Shown: piece after piece, positions 1 through 8,330 of the stretch
Layout: every line of letters starts with the position of its first letter
Position numbering within the stretch: the stretch's first letter is position 1
Origin: Planctomycetales bacterium
Lineage (GTDB): Bacteria > 4484-113 > JAFGCY01
NCBI GenBank assembly: GCA_022646745.1
Contig: CP060262.1
Coordinates: 1,080,001-1,112,000 of the forward strand
DNA: 32,000 nt
Direction: 5' to 3'
Program-made: the position numbers and the translations under genes
Notes under the pieces: model-generated
What the model saw: the letters and a program-made list of their open reading frames with translations, nothing else
Told to the model about the DNA's origin: nothing
Database searches by the model: none

Positions 1-681
1 GTCAGCTTTGCGCTGGCCGGCGGCGAGTTCCTCGCGGTCGTCGGGCCCAACGGCAGCGGCAAGTCCAGCCTGCTCAAGTGCCTGCTGGGCCTGGCCCCCT
101 TCCAGTCCGGCAGCATCAGCCTGCTCGGGCATGCCCCGGATGAGCTGCCCAGTGAAAAGATCGGCTATGTGCCGCAGGTCAAGACCCTCGACCTGAGCTT
201 CCCCGCATCATCCTGCGAGCTGGTTGCCAGCGGCCTGCGCCGGCGCTGGCCCTGGAAGATCGGCAAGCAGGAGCACGAACGGGCGGAGGCCGCCCTGCGC
301 CAGGTCGGCATCGGCCACCTCTCACACCGCTCGCTGGCGGCACTGAGCGGCGGTGAGCTGCAGCGGGTCTACCTGGCCCGCGCGCTGGCGCGCCAGCCGC
401 AGCTGCTGGTGCTGGATGAACCAGCCACCGGCATCGATGCCACCGCGGAGCAGGACATGTACGACATCCTCGAGCGCGTCAACCGCGAGCAGGGCGTGAC
501 GATCATCATGGTCACGCATGACTGGCTGGCGGCGCGGCACCACTGCAGCCACGCACTGCTCTTGAAGAGCCGCATGATCAGCTTCGGCACAAGCCCCGGA
601 GCGCTCAGTGACGAGAACATGGCAACGGCCTTCGGCCACAGCGGCCACCGCCACAGCCCGGAGGGCCACAGCCATGGATAA
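1..681 (+). CDS. znuC: Metal (Zn/Mn-type) ABC transporter ATP-binding protein; 5' end lies outside the window
   Basis: Frame 1 is open from base 1. Motifs: VSFALAGGEFLAVVGPNGSGKSSLLKCLLG (Walker A), LSGGELQRVYLARAL (ABC signature), LLVLDEPATGID (Walker B), IIMVTHD (H-loop). His-rich tail GHSGHRHSPEGHSHG. TAA stop at 679-681. The listed ORF 169..681 is only the part after an internal Met. Confidence 0.9.
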   Translation, partial: VSFALAGGEFLAVVGPNGSGKSSLLKCLLGLAPFQSGSISLLGHAPDELPSEKIGYVPQVKTLDLSFPASSCELVASGLRRRWPWKIGKQEHERAEAALRQVGIGHLSHRSLAALSGGELQRVYLARALARQPQLLVLDEPATGIDATAEQDMYDILERVNREQGVTIIMVTHDWLAARHHCSHALLLKSRMISFGTSPGALSDENMATAFGHSGHRHSPEGHSHG

Positions 682-1492
682 CATGGTGCTGATCTTCATC
701 CGGATCGTGGCCTGCGGCATGCTGATCGGCTTCAGTGCCAGCTACTACGGCGCATTCGTCGTGCAGCGCGGCATGAGCTTCCTTGGCAACGGCCTGGCGC
801 ATGCGGCCTTCGGTGGCGTGGCGCTCGGCATTCTGCTGGGCAGCGAACCGCTGTGGGTGGCCCTGCCCTTCACGGTGCTGGCGGCGATCGGCATCAACTG
901 GCTCAAGGAACACACCCGCCTCGCAGCTGACAGCGTGATCGGCCTGTTCTTCGCGTTGTCAATGGCAATGGGCATCATCTTCCTTTCGCGCGTGCAGACC
1001 TACAGCCAGGATGCGATGACCTACCTGTTCGGCAGCCTGCTGAGCGTCGGCATGACCAACATGGAACTGTACATCTGCCTCGCGCTGACCGCGATCACGA
1101 TCTGCACCTTCCCGCTCTGGCCACGCTGGGCCTACTCCACCTTCGACCGCGAAAGCGCGCGGATCGACGGCCAGCATGTGCGCCGCGAGGACTACCTGCT
1201 GAGCATCCTGATCGCCGTCACGGTTGTGGTCGCCGCCAAGCTGGTCGGCATTGTGCTGCTGTCAGCCTTCCTCGTGATCCCGGCAGCCGCAGCCCGGCTG
1301 ATCTCCGCCAGCTTCGCGATGATGACGACGCTGTCAGTGGTGATCGGCGTGTTCAGCGTGGCAATCGGTTTCGCCCTGAGCTATCAGGCGGACATGCCGA
1401 CCGGTGCCTGCGTGGTGATGACGCAGATCCTCGTGTTCGCGCTGATGTTCGCTATGAACAAGCGCGGCGTCAGATGGCCTCGGGAAATGTAG
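674..1492 (+). CDS. znuB: Metal ABC transporter permease, ABC-3 (ZnuB/MntB/TroCD) type
   Basis: ORF 608..1492. The in-frame ATG at 674 (MDNMVLIFIRIVACGMLIG...) overlaps the upstream stop by 8 nt (ATGGATAA), which suggests translational coupling. Multiple hydrophobic spans, with family-like strings GNGLAHAAFGGVALG and LLSAFLVIPAAAARL. Confidence 0.88.
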   Translation: MDNMVLIFIRIVACGMLIGFSASYYGAFVVQRGMSFLGNGLAHAAFGGVALGILLGSEPLWVALPFTVLAAIGINWLKEHTRLAADSVIGLFFALSMAMGIIFLSRVQTYSQDAMTYLFGSLLSVGMTNMELYICLALTAITICTFPLWPRWAYSTFDRESARIDGQHVRREDYLLSILIAVTVVVAAKLVGIVLLSAFLVIPAAAARLISASFAMMTTLSVVIGVFSVAIGFALSYQADMPTGACVVMTQILVFALMFAMNKRGVRWPREM

Positions 1493-1501
1493 GCACAGCT
1501 T

Positions 1502-1525
1502 GCAGAATCAGAATGAGAAGCAGCA
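1502..1525 (+). repeat. 24-nt dispersed repeat GCAGAATCAGAATGAGAAGCAGCA, copy 1
   Basis: Read directly from the sequence. Recurs at 1566-1589, inverted at 2110-2133, and inverted at 11156-11176. Confidence 0.85.
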
Positions 1526-1565
1526 AACTGATATCAGGGACTTGTTGGTAGTGTGCTGGACAGTA

Positions 1566-1589
1566 GCAGAATCAGAATGAGAAACAGCA
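1566..1589 (+). repeat. 24-nt dispersed repeat, copy 2 (GCAGAATCAGAATGAGAAACAGCA)
   Basis: 23/24 identical to copy 1, 64 nt downstream of it, and just outside the stop of the four-helix-bundle gene. Confidence 0.85.
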
Positions 1590-1604
1590 GAAGCAACACA
1601 TGTA

Positions 1605-2009
1605 TCAGTTGCTGACATTCCAGCCAGATTTATCCGGAGACAACTTCAGCCGCAGGCTATAAAGCATTCTGCAAACTTCATCCAGTAGTTCCATGCTTGC
1701 TTTCAGGTCACTCTCCGCATTGATGTAACCAAATTCCTTACCCAGAATCAGGAGAGTTTCGACTTCGCGAGCGGACCCCAGAGCAATTGACACGAAGTGA
1801 GCATAATCCTTTGAGGATGACCTGCCATTTCCCTCGGCAATATTTGCCGGAATCGAAACACAGGCGCGGCGCAGTTGTGAGGTCAATCCATAGGTCTCCT
1901 CCTTAGGAAACTCCCTGGACAGGATGTACACCTGTTTGGACAGCTGAATTCCCTTCTGCCAGACTTTCAGATCCTTGTATGTACCCAAAGCAAATCTCCT
2001 AACTAACAT
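1605..2009 (-). CDS. Four-helix-bundle protein (23S rRNA intervening-sequence protein family)
   Basis: ORF 1605..2042. YKDLKVWQKGIQLSKQVY...TSQLRRACVSIPANIAEGNGRSSSKDYAHFVSIALGSAREVETLLILG is the hallmark of this family (TIGR02436/PF05635 type). The start is uncertain: ATG 2009, or TTG 1988, which sits 6 nt behind an AGGAGA Shine-Dalgarno. GC is lower than in the neighbours (about 45-55% on two spot-counted lines). Confidence 0.85.
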   Translation of the reverse strand: MLVRRFALGTYKDLKVWQKGIQLSKQVYILSREFPKEETYGLTSQLRRACVSIPANIAEGNGRSSSKDYAHFVSIALGSAREVETLLILGKEFGYINAESDLKASMELLDEVCRMLYSLRLKLSPDKSGWNVSN

Positions 2010-2109
2010 TTGTATAGTAACATTAATATCATTATATGTCAATATTTGACCATGAGAGAATTGAGTTCAGGCTTGTCGATGAATCCTGACCGTCCCGAAG
2101 GTGAATCTC

Positions 2110-2133
2110 TGCTGATTCTCATTCTGTTTCTGC
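2110..2133 (-). repeat. 24-nt dispersed repeat, inverted copy
   Basis: The reverse complement GCAGAAACAGAATGAGAATCAGCA matches copy 2 at 22/24. Together with 1502-1589 it brackets the four-helix-bundle gene as inverted repeats. Confidence 0.8.
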
Positions 2134-2145
2134 TTCTAAACCTGT

Positions 2146-2170
2146 CTACTGCCAACTGCCTACTGCCTAC
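2146..2170 (+). repeat. Heptanucleotide tandem array (CTACTGC CAACTGC CTACTGC CTAC)
   Basis: Period-7 repeat read directly. Coordinates were cross-checked against the translation of ORF 2010..2192. Confidence 0.85.
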
Positions 2171-2175
2171 TTTCT

Positions 2176-2194
2176 TGTTAGCATCCTGCTAACA
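2176..2194. promoter_or_regulatory. Perfect 8-3-8 inverted repeat TGTTAGCA-TCC-TGCTAACA; candidate operator upstream of the Met/His-rich protein gene
   Basis: 19-bp palindrome 68 nt upstream of the ATG at 2262, next to a metal ABC transporter. The TGTTA/TAACA half-sites resemble Fur/Zur-family boxes. Function is inferred only. Confidence 0.35.
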
Positions 2195-2261
2195 TGAGTT
2201 CAGGACAGCGTGCGCCTGCGTGCGCGCGGCCCGCACAATCATGCAATTCAGGGAGACTGAT

Positions 2262-3641
2262 ATGAAGCGCCTCACATGGCTGGTTGAGTTCACGATCGTC
2301 ATTCTGGCAATGCCGCTCGCGGCATGGGCCGGCGGCAGCGGGGAAGGTGGAAACAGGCAGAAGCAGGAGCAGCGGGTCGAGATCCGCGTGGAGCGTGAGG
2401 ACGGTGGTGGCCGGCGCGAAGGGCGGCGTGATGGTGAGAAGGCACGCGACCGGCGCGGCGATGATGGACAGCGTGGCGGTGGCTGGCGAGATGGCGGCAT
2501 GGACCGTGACGGCGGCATTATGCGCCGCTGGATGGAAGGCATGGGCGGCGAGCACATGGGAATGCGCGACCATGCGATGCAGATGTTCCGCGGGATCCAC
2601 GACCGGGCGATGAACATCCACTTCCAGCCGAATGTGTCTGATTCACAGGTGGCGGTCGGCTTTGGCAACAAGAATGTCACGGCGGACACGATCAACATAA
2701 ACATCAACATCGGCGACGTGAACATCGCCGGCAACAGCCTCGAAGGTGGCGACGCCGGTGAGATGATCGAGATGATCATGGAAATGATGATGAAGGGACA
2801 CGGCCAGGGCGGACCGGGAGCACCATCCGGCATGTGGAGTCCGCATGCTCCGGACGGACCGGGGATGCACGGCGGTCCAGGCGGCCCCGGCATGCAGGGA
2901 CCGCACGGAGGACCAGGCAACAACGGCCCCGGCCCCTGGCATGACCGCTTCGGAGGCGAGCGCCCGCCGCATCCGGACATGCCTCCCCACGAAATGCACC
3001 CGGAAATGAATGACGGCGAGTGGCACGGCATGCTCGATGGCGCAGAGGGCCTGAAGCGGGCCCAGTTCGTCGGCCGCGATGACGACGGCCGCATCGTGCG
3101 CTACGAGATGCTGATCCGTGGTGACGAGGCCCCGGTCGAACCCGGCGAGGTGCGCAGCCCCTACCACGACTTCTACTTCGGCAGCGGCCGGATGCCCGAG
3201 CGGGCGATGGAGATCGTCGAGGAGCATATCGTCGAGGGCCAGCCGATGCCGCCCCACACTGCCCAGCAGGATGCAAATGGCATGCCGATGATGCATGAGC
3301 GGATCGAGCGCCACATCATGCGCGAGGGCCCGGACAGCGCCCAGCGCTTCCACGAATTCATGGGCGACCCGCACTGGGATGGACAGCCGCATGGCTTCCA
3401 GGGCCAGTTCGACATGCGCCCGGAGGTGATGGAACTGGCGATGCAGATCCCGGACGAGATCCCCGTCGAATTCGTCGAGTTGATCTTCACGCTGGGGCGG
3501 ATGGCCTGGGAGGACCCGGCCCTTGCCGATCAGATCCGTGACATGGTCGCCGCCCACCAGCTGAGCGAACATGTGGACAAGCAGGAGATCAAGCGCCTGA
3601 TCGAGGAGAAGCTGCGGAGCGCCCAGCAGGACCAGCGCTGA
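2262..3641 (+). CDS. Secreted Met/His/Gly/Pro-rich low-complexity protein, no recognised family (possible periplasmic metal-binding protein)
   Basis: ORF 2220..3641. ATG 2262 is preceded by GGGAGA. Signal-like N-terminus MKRLTWLVEFTIVILAMPLAAWA. Low-complexity tracts include GMHGGPGGPGMQGPHGGPGNNGPGPWHD, PPHPDMPPHEMHPEMNDGEWHGM and EMIEMIMEMMMKGHGQGG. The TGA stop shares a base with the cdd ATG (cTGATGa). Confidence 0.7.
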   Translation: MKRLTWLVEFTIVILAMPLAAWAGGSGEGGNRQKQEQRVEIRVEREDGGGRREGRRDGEKARDRRGDDGQRGGGWRDGGMDRDGGIMRRWMEGMGGEHMGMRDHAMQMFRGIHDRAMNIHFQPNVSDSQVAVGFGNKNVTADTINININIGDVNIAGNSLEGGDAGEMIEMIMEMMMKGHGQGGPGAPSGMWSPHAPDGPGMHGGPGGPGMQGPHGGPGNNGPGPWHDRFGGERPPHPDMPPHEMHPEMNDGEWHGMLDGAEGLKRAQFVGRDDDGRIVRYEMLIRGDEAPVEPGEVRSPYHDFYFGSGRMPERAMEIVEEHIVEGQPMPPHTAQQDANGMPMMHERIERHIMREGPDSAQRFHEFMGDPHWDGQPHGFQGQFDMRPEVMELAMQIPDEIPVEFVELIFTLGRMAWEDPALADQIRDMVAAHQLSEHVDKQEIKRLIEEKLRSAQQDQR

Positions 3642-4051
3642 TGAAGCTCAGCGCTGAGCAGCGGGATGCGATGCTGGCTGCCGCCATGCTGGTGCGCAGC
3701 CAGGCGCATGCCCCCTACTCACGTTTCCGGGTCGGCGCGGCAGTGCTCAGCTCATCCGGCAGGGTGTTCCTCGGCTGCAATGTGGAGAACCTGAGCTACG
3801 GCCTGTCCTGCTGCGCAGAGCGCAATGCGATCGCGGCCGCAGTGGCCGGCGGGATGCAGCCAGGCGGGCTGGCGGCAGTGGTTGTGGTTGGCGACACGCC
3901 GGAGCCGATCTCCCCCTGTGGCGCCTGCCGGCAGGTGATCGCGGAATTCGCTGCCGCCGACTGCAGCATCACCGGTGCGAACCTGGCCGGACAGACCCGC
4001 AGCTGGACCATCGACGGACTGCTGCCGGACCGCTTCAAGGCGGAGCTGTAA
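3641..4051 (+). CDS. cdd: Cytidine deaminase (homotetrameric type)
   Basis: 136 aa with the zinc-ligand motifs CAERNAI and PCGACRQVIAEF. The ATG overlaps the preceding stop. Confidence 0.95.
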   Translation: MKLSAEQRDAMLAAAMLVRSQAHAPYSRFRVGAAVLSSSGRVFLGCNVENLSYGLSCCAERNAIAAAVAGGMQPGGLAAVVVVGDTPEPISPCGACRQVIAEFAAADCSITGANLAGQTRSWTIDGLLPDRFKAEL

Positions 4052-4075
4052 GCCTGCGCAGACTAGAATAGTGGG

Positions 4076-5689
4076 ATGCTGCACAGACTGGGACTGATCA
4101 CGCTGCTGTTCGCGCTTTTCTGCGCACTGCCTGCCTTGGCGCAGGATGAAACCACCGCCGAGGCACCGGACGAGGTCGCTATCTGGACCACGGAGAACCT
4201 TCCGGAAGGCGTGGACCGCGAGGCCGCCGCGAACTCGCTGCGTGACGCCGGTGAGAACTGGACGCAGCTTGCCGCCTCGCTCGAGGCCTGCGCTGGCAAC
4301 GAAGCGGACCTGGCGGACATGCTCTGGCTGCTGGCCAACGCGCCGCACCTCGACCGGCTCGAGCTGCAGTCCGCGATGCTGGCTGACAACCTGGAGCTGG
4401 CCCGCCAGTGGTGCGGCGAGTCCGGCTACGAGCAGGGCAGCGAGTTCTTCCGCCGCTACATCCTCAACTACCGGATTGACGACGAGCCGGTGACGGACTG
4501 GCGCCGTGAACTGATGACCCGCTACCAGCCGGAAGTCGTGATTGACCGGGCCACGGAGACAATCGGCAAGGACCTCGCCAGCGAGCTGGTCAGCCGTGTG
4601 GCCGACGGCTTCACCATCGTCGAGCGCGGCTACTTCGGCAACCTGGCGGACCCGGTGGCGATTGACAATGCGCGGGCCGGCACCGAGCGCGAGCTGGCAC
4701 TGCTGTGTGCCGCCGTGCTGCGCAGCCAGGGCTATGCCACGCGCTTCACCCGCGAGAACATGACCGGCAAGAGCTGGGTCGAGGTCTACGGCGGCGACCG
4801 GATGGAGTACGACCCGGATGCCTGGCTGCCGCTCTACCCGCAGGCCCCGCAGGAGAACGGACGCGGCAGCTACGCGCTGGAGCTCTGCGGCGGCAGCATC
4901 GCCGTCGTCACCGCAGGTGACGCCTTCGGCCGCGAGCAGGTCACCGCACGCTATACGAATGTCGGCATGGTCCGTCCGAAGTTCAGCCGGGACGGGCACT
5001 TCCTGCCGGAGTTCGAGCACTGGACGGTGACCGCCTGGCATGAGGGTGACTATGTCCCGCTGGATGACCTCGGCTACCCGACGGCAGACGCGGACTACCC
5101 ACTCACCAATGGTGCCAACGTGGGGGATGGCGCTGTGCCGGCCTACGTGCTCGGCGCACCCGCCGACTACCGCCTGCAGGCCGGCGTGCGCTACCCCGGC
5201 GGCACCGTGCAGGTGCTGACCCGCGACTTCACCATCAAGCCCGGCGATGACCTGCCGCTGGATCTCGACATCGTCACGCCGCTGGACCTGCCGGATGAGG
5301 CGCTGCGTGAGCGGCAGATCGCAACCGAGATCCCGGATGAATTCAGCTGGCTCAACGAGGGCACGCAGTTGTTCTTCATCCATGATGACAGCGAACCCTC
5401 GATCCGCACCGCTGTGCTGGTGCAGCAGTTCGACCGCCGCGATGACATCAGCTTCCACTCCGAGCAGTGGGCGGACCGGCCGGAGGGCTGGCAGAAGCCG
5501 GAGGACTACCAGCCGGAGCTGCTGCGCGATGTGCTGCGTGTGAATGACAATGACGGGAAGCCGGTGCTGATCCTCATTGTCAACGGAGAGCTGAAACTCT
5601 ACCTGCGCGGTTACAACCTGAACGTGGCGGACTGGATCCACCGCCAGCTCGGCGAAGCGCAGGAAGGCACGGCCGCTGCCGTCGAATAG
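4076..5689 (+). CDS. Exported protein with a degenerate transglutaminase-like core
   Basis: 537 aa. Signal-like MLHRLGLITLLFALFCALPALAQD. GTERELALLCAAVLRSQGYATRF...GKSWVEVY...EYDPDAW lines up by eye with the transglutaminase-core pattern (GxCxxF...GIPAR...HAWVEVY...D), but the Cys and His positions are substituted. CDS confidence is high; product confidence is moderate. Confidence 0.7.
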   Translation: MLHRLGLITLLFALFCALPALAQDETTAEAPDEVAIWTTENLPEGVDREAAANSLRDAGENWTQLAASLEACAGNEADLADMLWLLANAPHLDRLELQSAMLADNLELARQWCGESGYEQGSEFFRRYILNYRIDDEPVTDWRRELMTRYQPEVVIDRATETIGKDLASELVSRVADGFTIVERGYFGNLADPVAIDNARAGTERELALLCAAVLRSQGYATRFTRENMTGKSWVEVYGGDRMEYDPDAWLPLYPQAPQENGRGSYALELCGGSIAVVTAGDAFGREQVTARYTNVGMVRPKFSRDGHFLPEFEHWTVTAWHEGDYVPLDDLGYPTADADYPLTNGANVGDGAVPAYVLGAPADYRLQAGVRYPGGTVQVLTRDFTIKPGDDLPLDLDIVTPLDLPDEALRERQIATEIPDEFSWLNEGTQLFFIHDDSEPSIRTAVLVQQFDRRDDISFHSEQWADRPEGWQKPEDYQPELLRDVLRVNDNDGKPVLILIVNGELKLYLRGYNLNVADWIHRQLGEAQEGTAAAVE

Positions 5690-5707
5690 GCGGGTTTTGC
5701 AGCATTC

Positions 5708-8134
5708 CTAATCCGGCAGGCCGGAGTCGTTGGACAGCATGTAAAGCTTGTTGTCCGTGCTGATCACATAGGCCCGGCCCTCCGCCAGCGCGATGCTGGA
5801 ACGGTGGAAGCCACTGGCAATCACTGCACTTGAGTGCAGCGGGTTGCCATCACCGATCGGCAGGTCCGGGTTCCAGGCGATGCGGTGCACCGCACCGGTG
5901 TCATCCGTGAAGTAGCAGGTCAGGTTGACATCCACCGCCGGCTTGCAGCTGACGGTCACCAGCCCGGTGGACACCCCCCATACGCTGTTCTGGGTCGGCG
6001 GGTTGTCGTCATTGAAGCTGTTGCAGTGGAAGCTGGCGAAGCCGCTGAAACCGCCGCCCTGGTCCTCCGCGAAGAACAGGAACTGCCCGTCGCCGCTGCG
6101 TGCCGGTGAACCGGACATGTTGACGATTCCCTCGTACTCGTCATGCACGCTGCCATCCGCCGGGTCGATGCTGCGCAGCTTGTTGCCGGCCGGGTAGTAG
6201 AAGAAGCCGTTTGGCAGGTAGATCCCGCCGAGGATGTGCTGTGCGCTGCCGAGCTGCTTGTACTCCTGCAGCTTCAGCCCGTCGCTGGCGGACAGGCTGT
6301 CCCAGTGCGGGCGCGGATCGATCCAGATCCCGTCCAGCCAGAGTGGCATGCCGATCTCACCGTTGCCATCCATCGCGATGTCCGCATGGAAGTGCCGGCC
6401 CTCCGAGGTTTCAGTGGCGTTGTTCCACAGTTCATTGCCGTCCTGGTCAATCCCGAACAGCACGGTGTTGTCCTTGCCGGCACAGATGATCGCACCGGGC
6501 ACGATGTTCAGGTCGGCCGCCGGGCGCCGCGGGTCCGTCGGCAGCACCCCGAGGTCGAAGCGCCAGCGGTACTCGCCGTCCTTGTCAAAGCTCAAAAGCC
6601 AGCCCTGGCCGTTCTCGCGCTCGCCGTCATCCTCGATGCCGACGAAGTAGATGTTGCCGGCGCTGTCCAGCAGCGGGGCCTGGCTCGGGATGCCCAGTGG
6701 GTCGTGTCCCACCCGGTCCGCCAGAGCATCATTGGCATCCACCTTCCAGACCGGCAGCGACAGGTTTGCCGGGTAGCAGACCAGGATGCCATCCTGGCTG
6801 AGGCCGTACACGCGGCCATTGGCATCGATCACCGGTGAGGTGCCGCAGTCCCGGGCTGACCTGTTGGACAGGCTGACAATGACATCATTGCGCAGGTTGA
6901 GCGGCCCGGCCACACTGCTGTAGCCGGAACTCGTGATGTCTCCACCGAAGCGCGGCCAGACGCCGTCCATCAGCTCGAACGGGGCGGCACCGGGCACGCA
7001 GTCCGCAATGTTTGAATAATCACTTTCAAGCAGGGCTGCCTGCCACCAGGCAGTCAGTGCGAAGTAAAACGTCGTGCCTTCGACTAGTCCCTCCACTGTG
7101 TAGTTCGTGTTCGAGGGGTCAAGCTCAGCCTCGAGGCTGGCGGCGGACATGTCGCTGTTCTCACTGACATAGACGCGGATGTGGCTGGCGCGCGGGTCAG
7201 TGTAGGGATCCCAGCTGAGCTGGGCCGACTGCGGACCCGGGCTGGCCGCGAGATTTGCCGGCGGCAGGAAGGTGTCCGCCACCGGGCCGCTTGGCTGGCA
7301 GGAGGCGATGTTGCTGTCCACTGACTCCTGGTCCAGTTCAATCACATAGCTTCTGATGGTGAAGTAGTGCAGCACCGTGTGGTCAAGGTCCTCGTACAGC
7401 TTCTGCGTCAGGCCCGGGCCGACTGTGCCGAGCAGGCTGGCACCAGCCATCGAGCTGTCCAGCGAGTGGTAGATCCGCAGCTCACTGACGCGCGCATCCT
7501 GCACCGCATCCCATTCGAGCAGGGCGGACAGCTCACCGGGCGTCGCCGTCAGGTTGGCAGGCGGCTCCGGCGGCAGGTTGTTGTCAACCTGGAAGTTGAT
7601 GTAGTCCACATGGCACTGCCCGGCCGTGGCCAGCACCAGGCAGTACACGAATCCACCGGGGCTGGCATAGTCCTGCCAGTTGTCACCATAGGCAAAGGAC
7701 TGGCCGAGCTGGTTGCCATAGCTGGTGAACTCCCAGCGGCCGGTCTTGTAGTTGGCCACCGCGAACCAGCAGGAGCCGGTCGGCACCACGATGTAGCGCG
7801 CGATGTTGAGCGGCACGTAGTCCTCGCCCACGCCCGGCAGCTGGTACATCGCCCAGGCCGGTGCGCCATCCGGCTGCAGGATTGCATTGCCACCGCCGCC
7901 GGCCACTCCATCGGAGATCGCGTACCACTGGTCAGCCTCAAGCTGCAGGGACTGGAACACGCTGCCGCTGCGCGGGGCGACGGCCTCCAGATCAGAGGGC
8001 AGGCCAGGCAGGACAGCGTCTGCCGGCACGGGCTGCAATGCAGCATCCGTACGCACGGAAGCGCTTCCCCCGCAGGCTGCCAGCAGGCAGCAGGACATGA
8101 AAATGACAACCGGTAACAATCTTTGAACTGACAT
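5708..8134 (-). CDS. Lipoprotein with two FN3-like repeats and a PQQ/BamB-like beta-propeller region
   Basis: 808 aa. MSVQRLLPVVIFMSCCLLAACGGS is a signal peptide plus lipobox. FN3-like units: PPANLTATPGELSALLEWDAV...LRIYHS and PPANLAASPGPQSAQLSWDPY...IRVYVS. Propeller-type repeats: DANGRVYGLSQDGILVCY, DSAGNIYFVG, DKDGEYRWRFDL, DQDGNELWN. Confidence 0.85.
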   Translation of the reverse strand: MSVQRLLPVVIFMSCCLLAACGGSASVRTDAALQPVPADAVLPGLPSDLEAVAPRSGSVFQSLQLEADQWYAISDGVAGGGGNAILQPDGAPAWAMYQLPGVGEDYVPLNIARYIVVPTGSCWFAVANYKTGRWEFTSYGNQLGQSFAYGDNWQDYASPGGFVYCLVLATAGQCHVDYINFQVDNNLPPEPPANLTATPGELSALLEWDAVQDARVSELRIYHSLDSSMAGASLLGTVGPGLTQKLYEDLDHTVLHYFTIRSYVIELDQESVDSNIASCQPSGPVADTFLPPANLAASPGPQSAQLSWDPYTDPRASHIRVYVSENSDMSAASLEAELDPSNTNYTVEGLVEGTTFYFALTAWWQAALLESDYSNIADCVPGAAPFELMDGVWPRFGGDITSSGYSSVAGPLNLRNDVIVSLSNRSARDCGTSPVIDANGRVYGLSQDGILVCYPANLSLPVWKVDANDALADRVGHDPLGIPSQAPLLDSAGNIYFVGIEDDGERENGQGWLLSFDKDGEYRWRFDLGVLPTDPRRPAADLNIVPGAIICAGKDNTVLFGIDQDGNELWNNATETSEGRHFHADIAMDGNGEIGMPLWLDGIWIDPRPHWDSLSASDGLKLQEYKQLGSAQHILGGIYLPNGFFYYPAGNKLRSIDPADGSVHDEYEGIVNMSGSPARSGDGQFLFFAEDQGGGFSGFASFHCNSFNDDNPPTQNSVWGVSTGLVTVSCKPAVDVNLTCYFTDDTGAVHRIAWNPDLPIGDGNPLHSSAVIASGFHRSSIALAEGRAYVISTDNKLYMLSNDSGLPD

Positions 8135-8330
8135 CCGTCACACTCCTGCGGGGCCAGTTGGCAACTGCCGCCGCATACATCGCATAGCCTTCACAGGCCC
8201 GCTTCCCCCAGGCCGGTTCATTATAACTTCACCTGCCCTTGACCTATCGGAAACACCGATATTGGCCTGTCCAGTTACCCTTCCTTGCGCCTGAGGGCGC
8301 ATCAGTACTTATATGACCGGAAGGCTAAAC

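Noticed and set aside
2189-3572. Minus-strand ORFs 2189..3094 (301 aa) and 2643..3572 (309 aa)
   Set aside because: They are antisense to the Met/His-rich gene, and their Pro/Ser/Arg-rich translations have no start context. The plus-strand frame has an SD, a signal peptide and a stop coupled to cdd. Because the plus-strand product is itself low complexity, I kept its confidence at 0.7.
3752-5641. 629-aa minus-strand ORF, the longest ORF in this region
   Set aside because: It lies entirely antisense to cdd and the 537-aa exported protein. Its translation is Arg/Ala/Gly/Val-rich, has no motifs, and is typical of a shadow ORF in high-GC DNA. The plus-strand genes have clear motifs (cdd) or a signal peptide.
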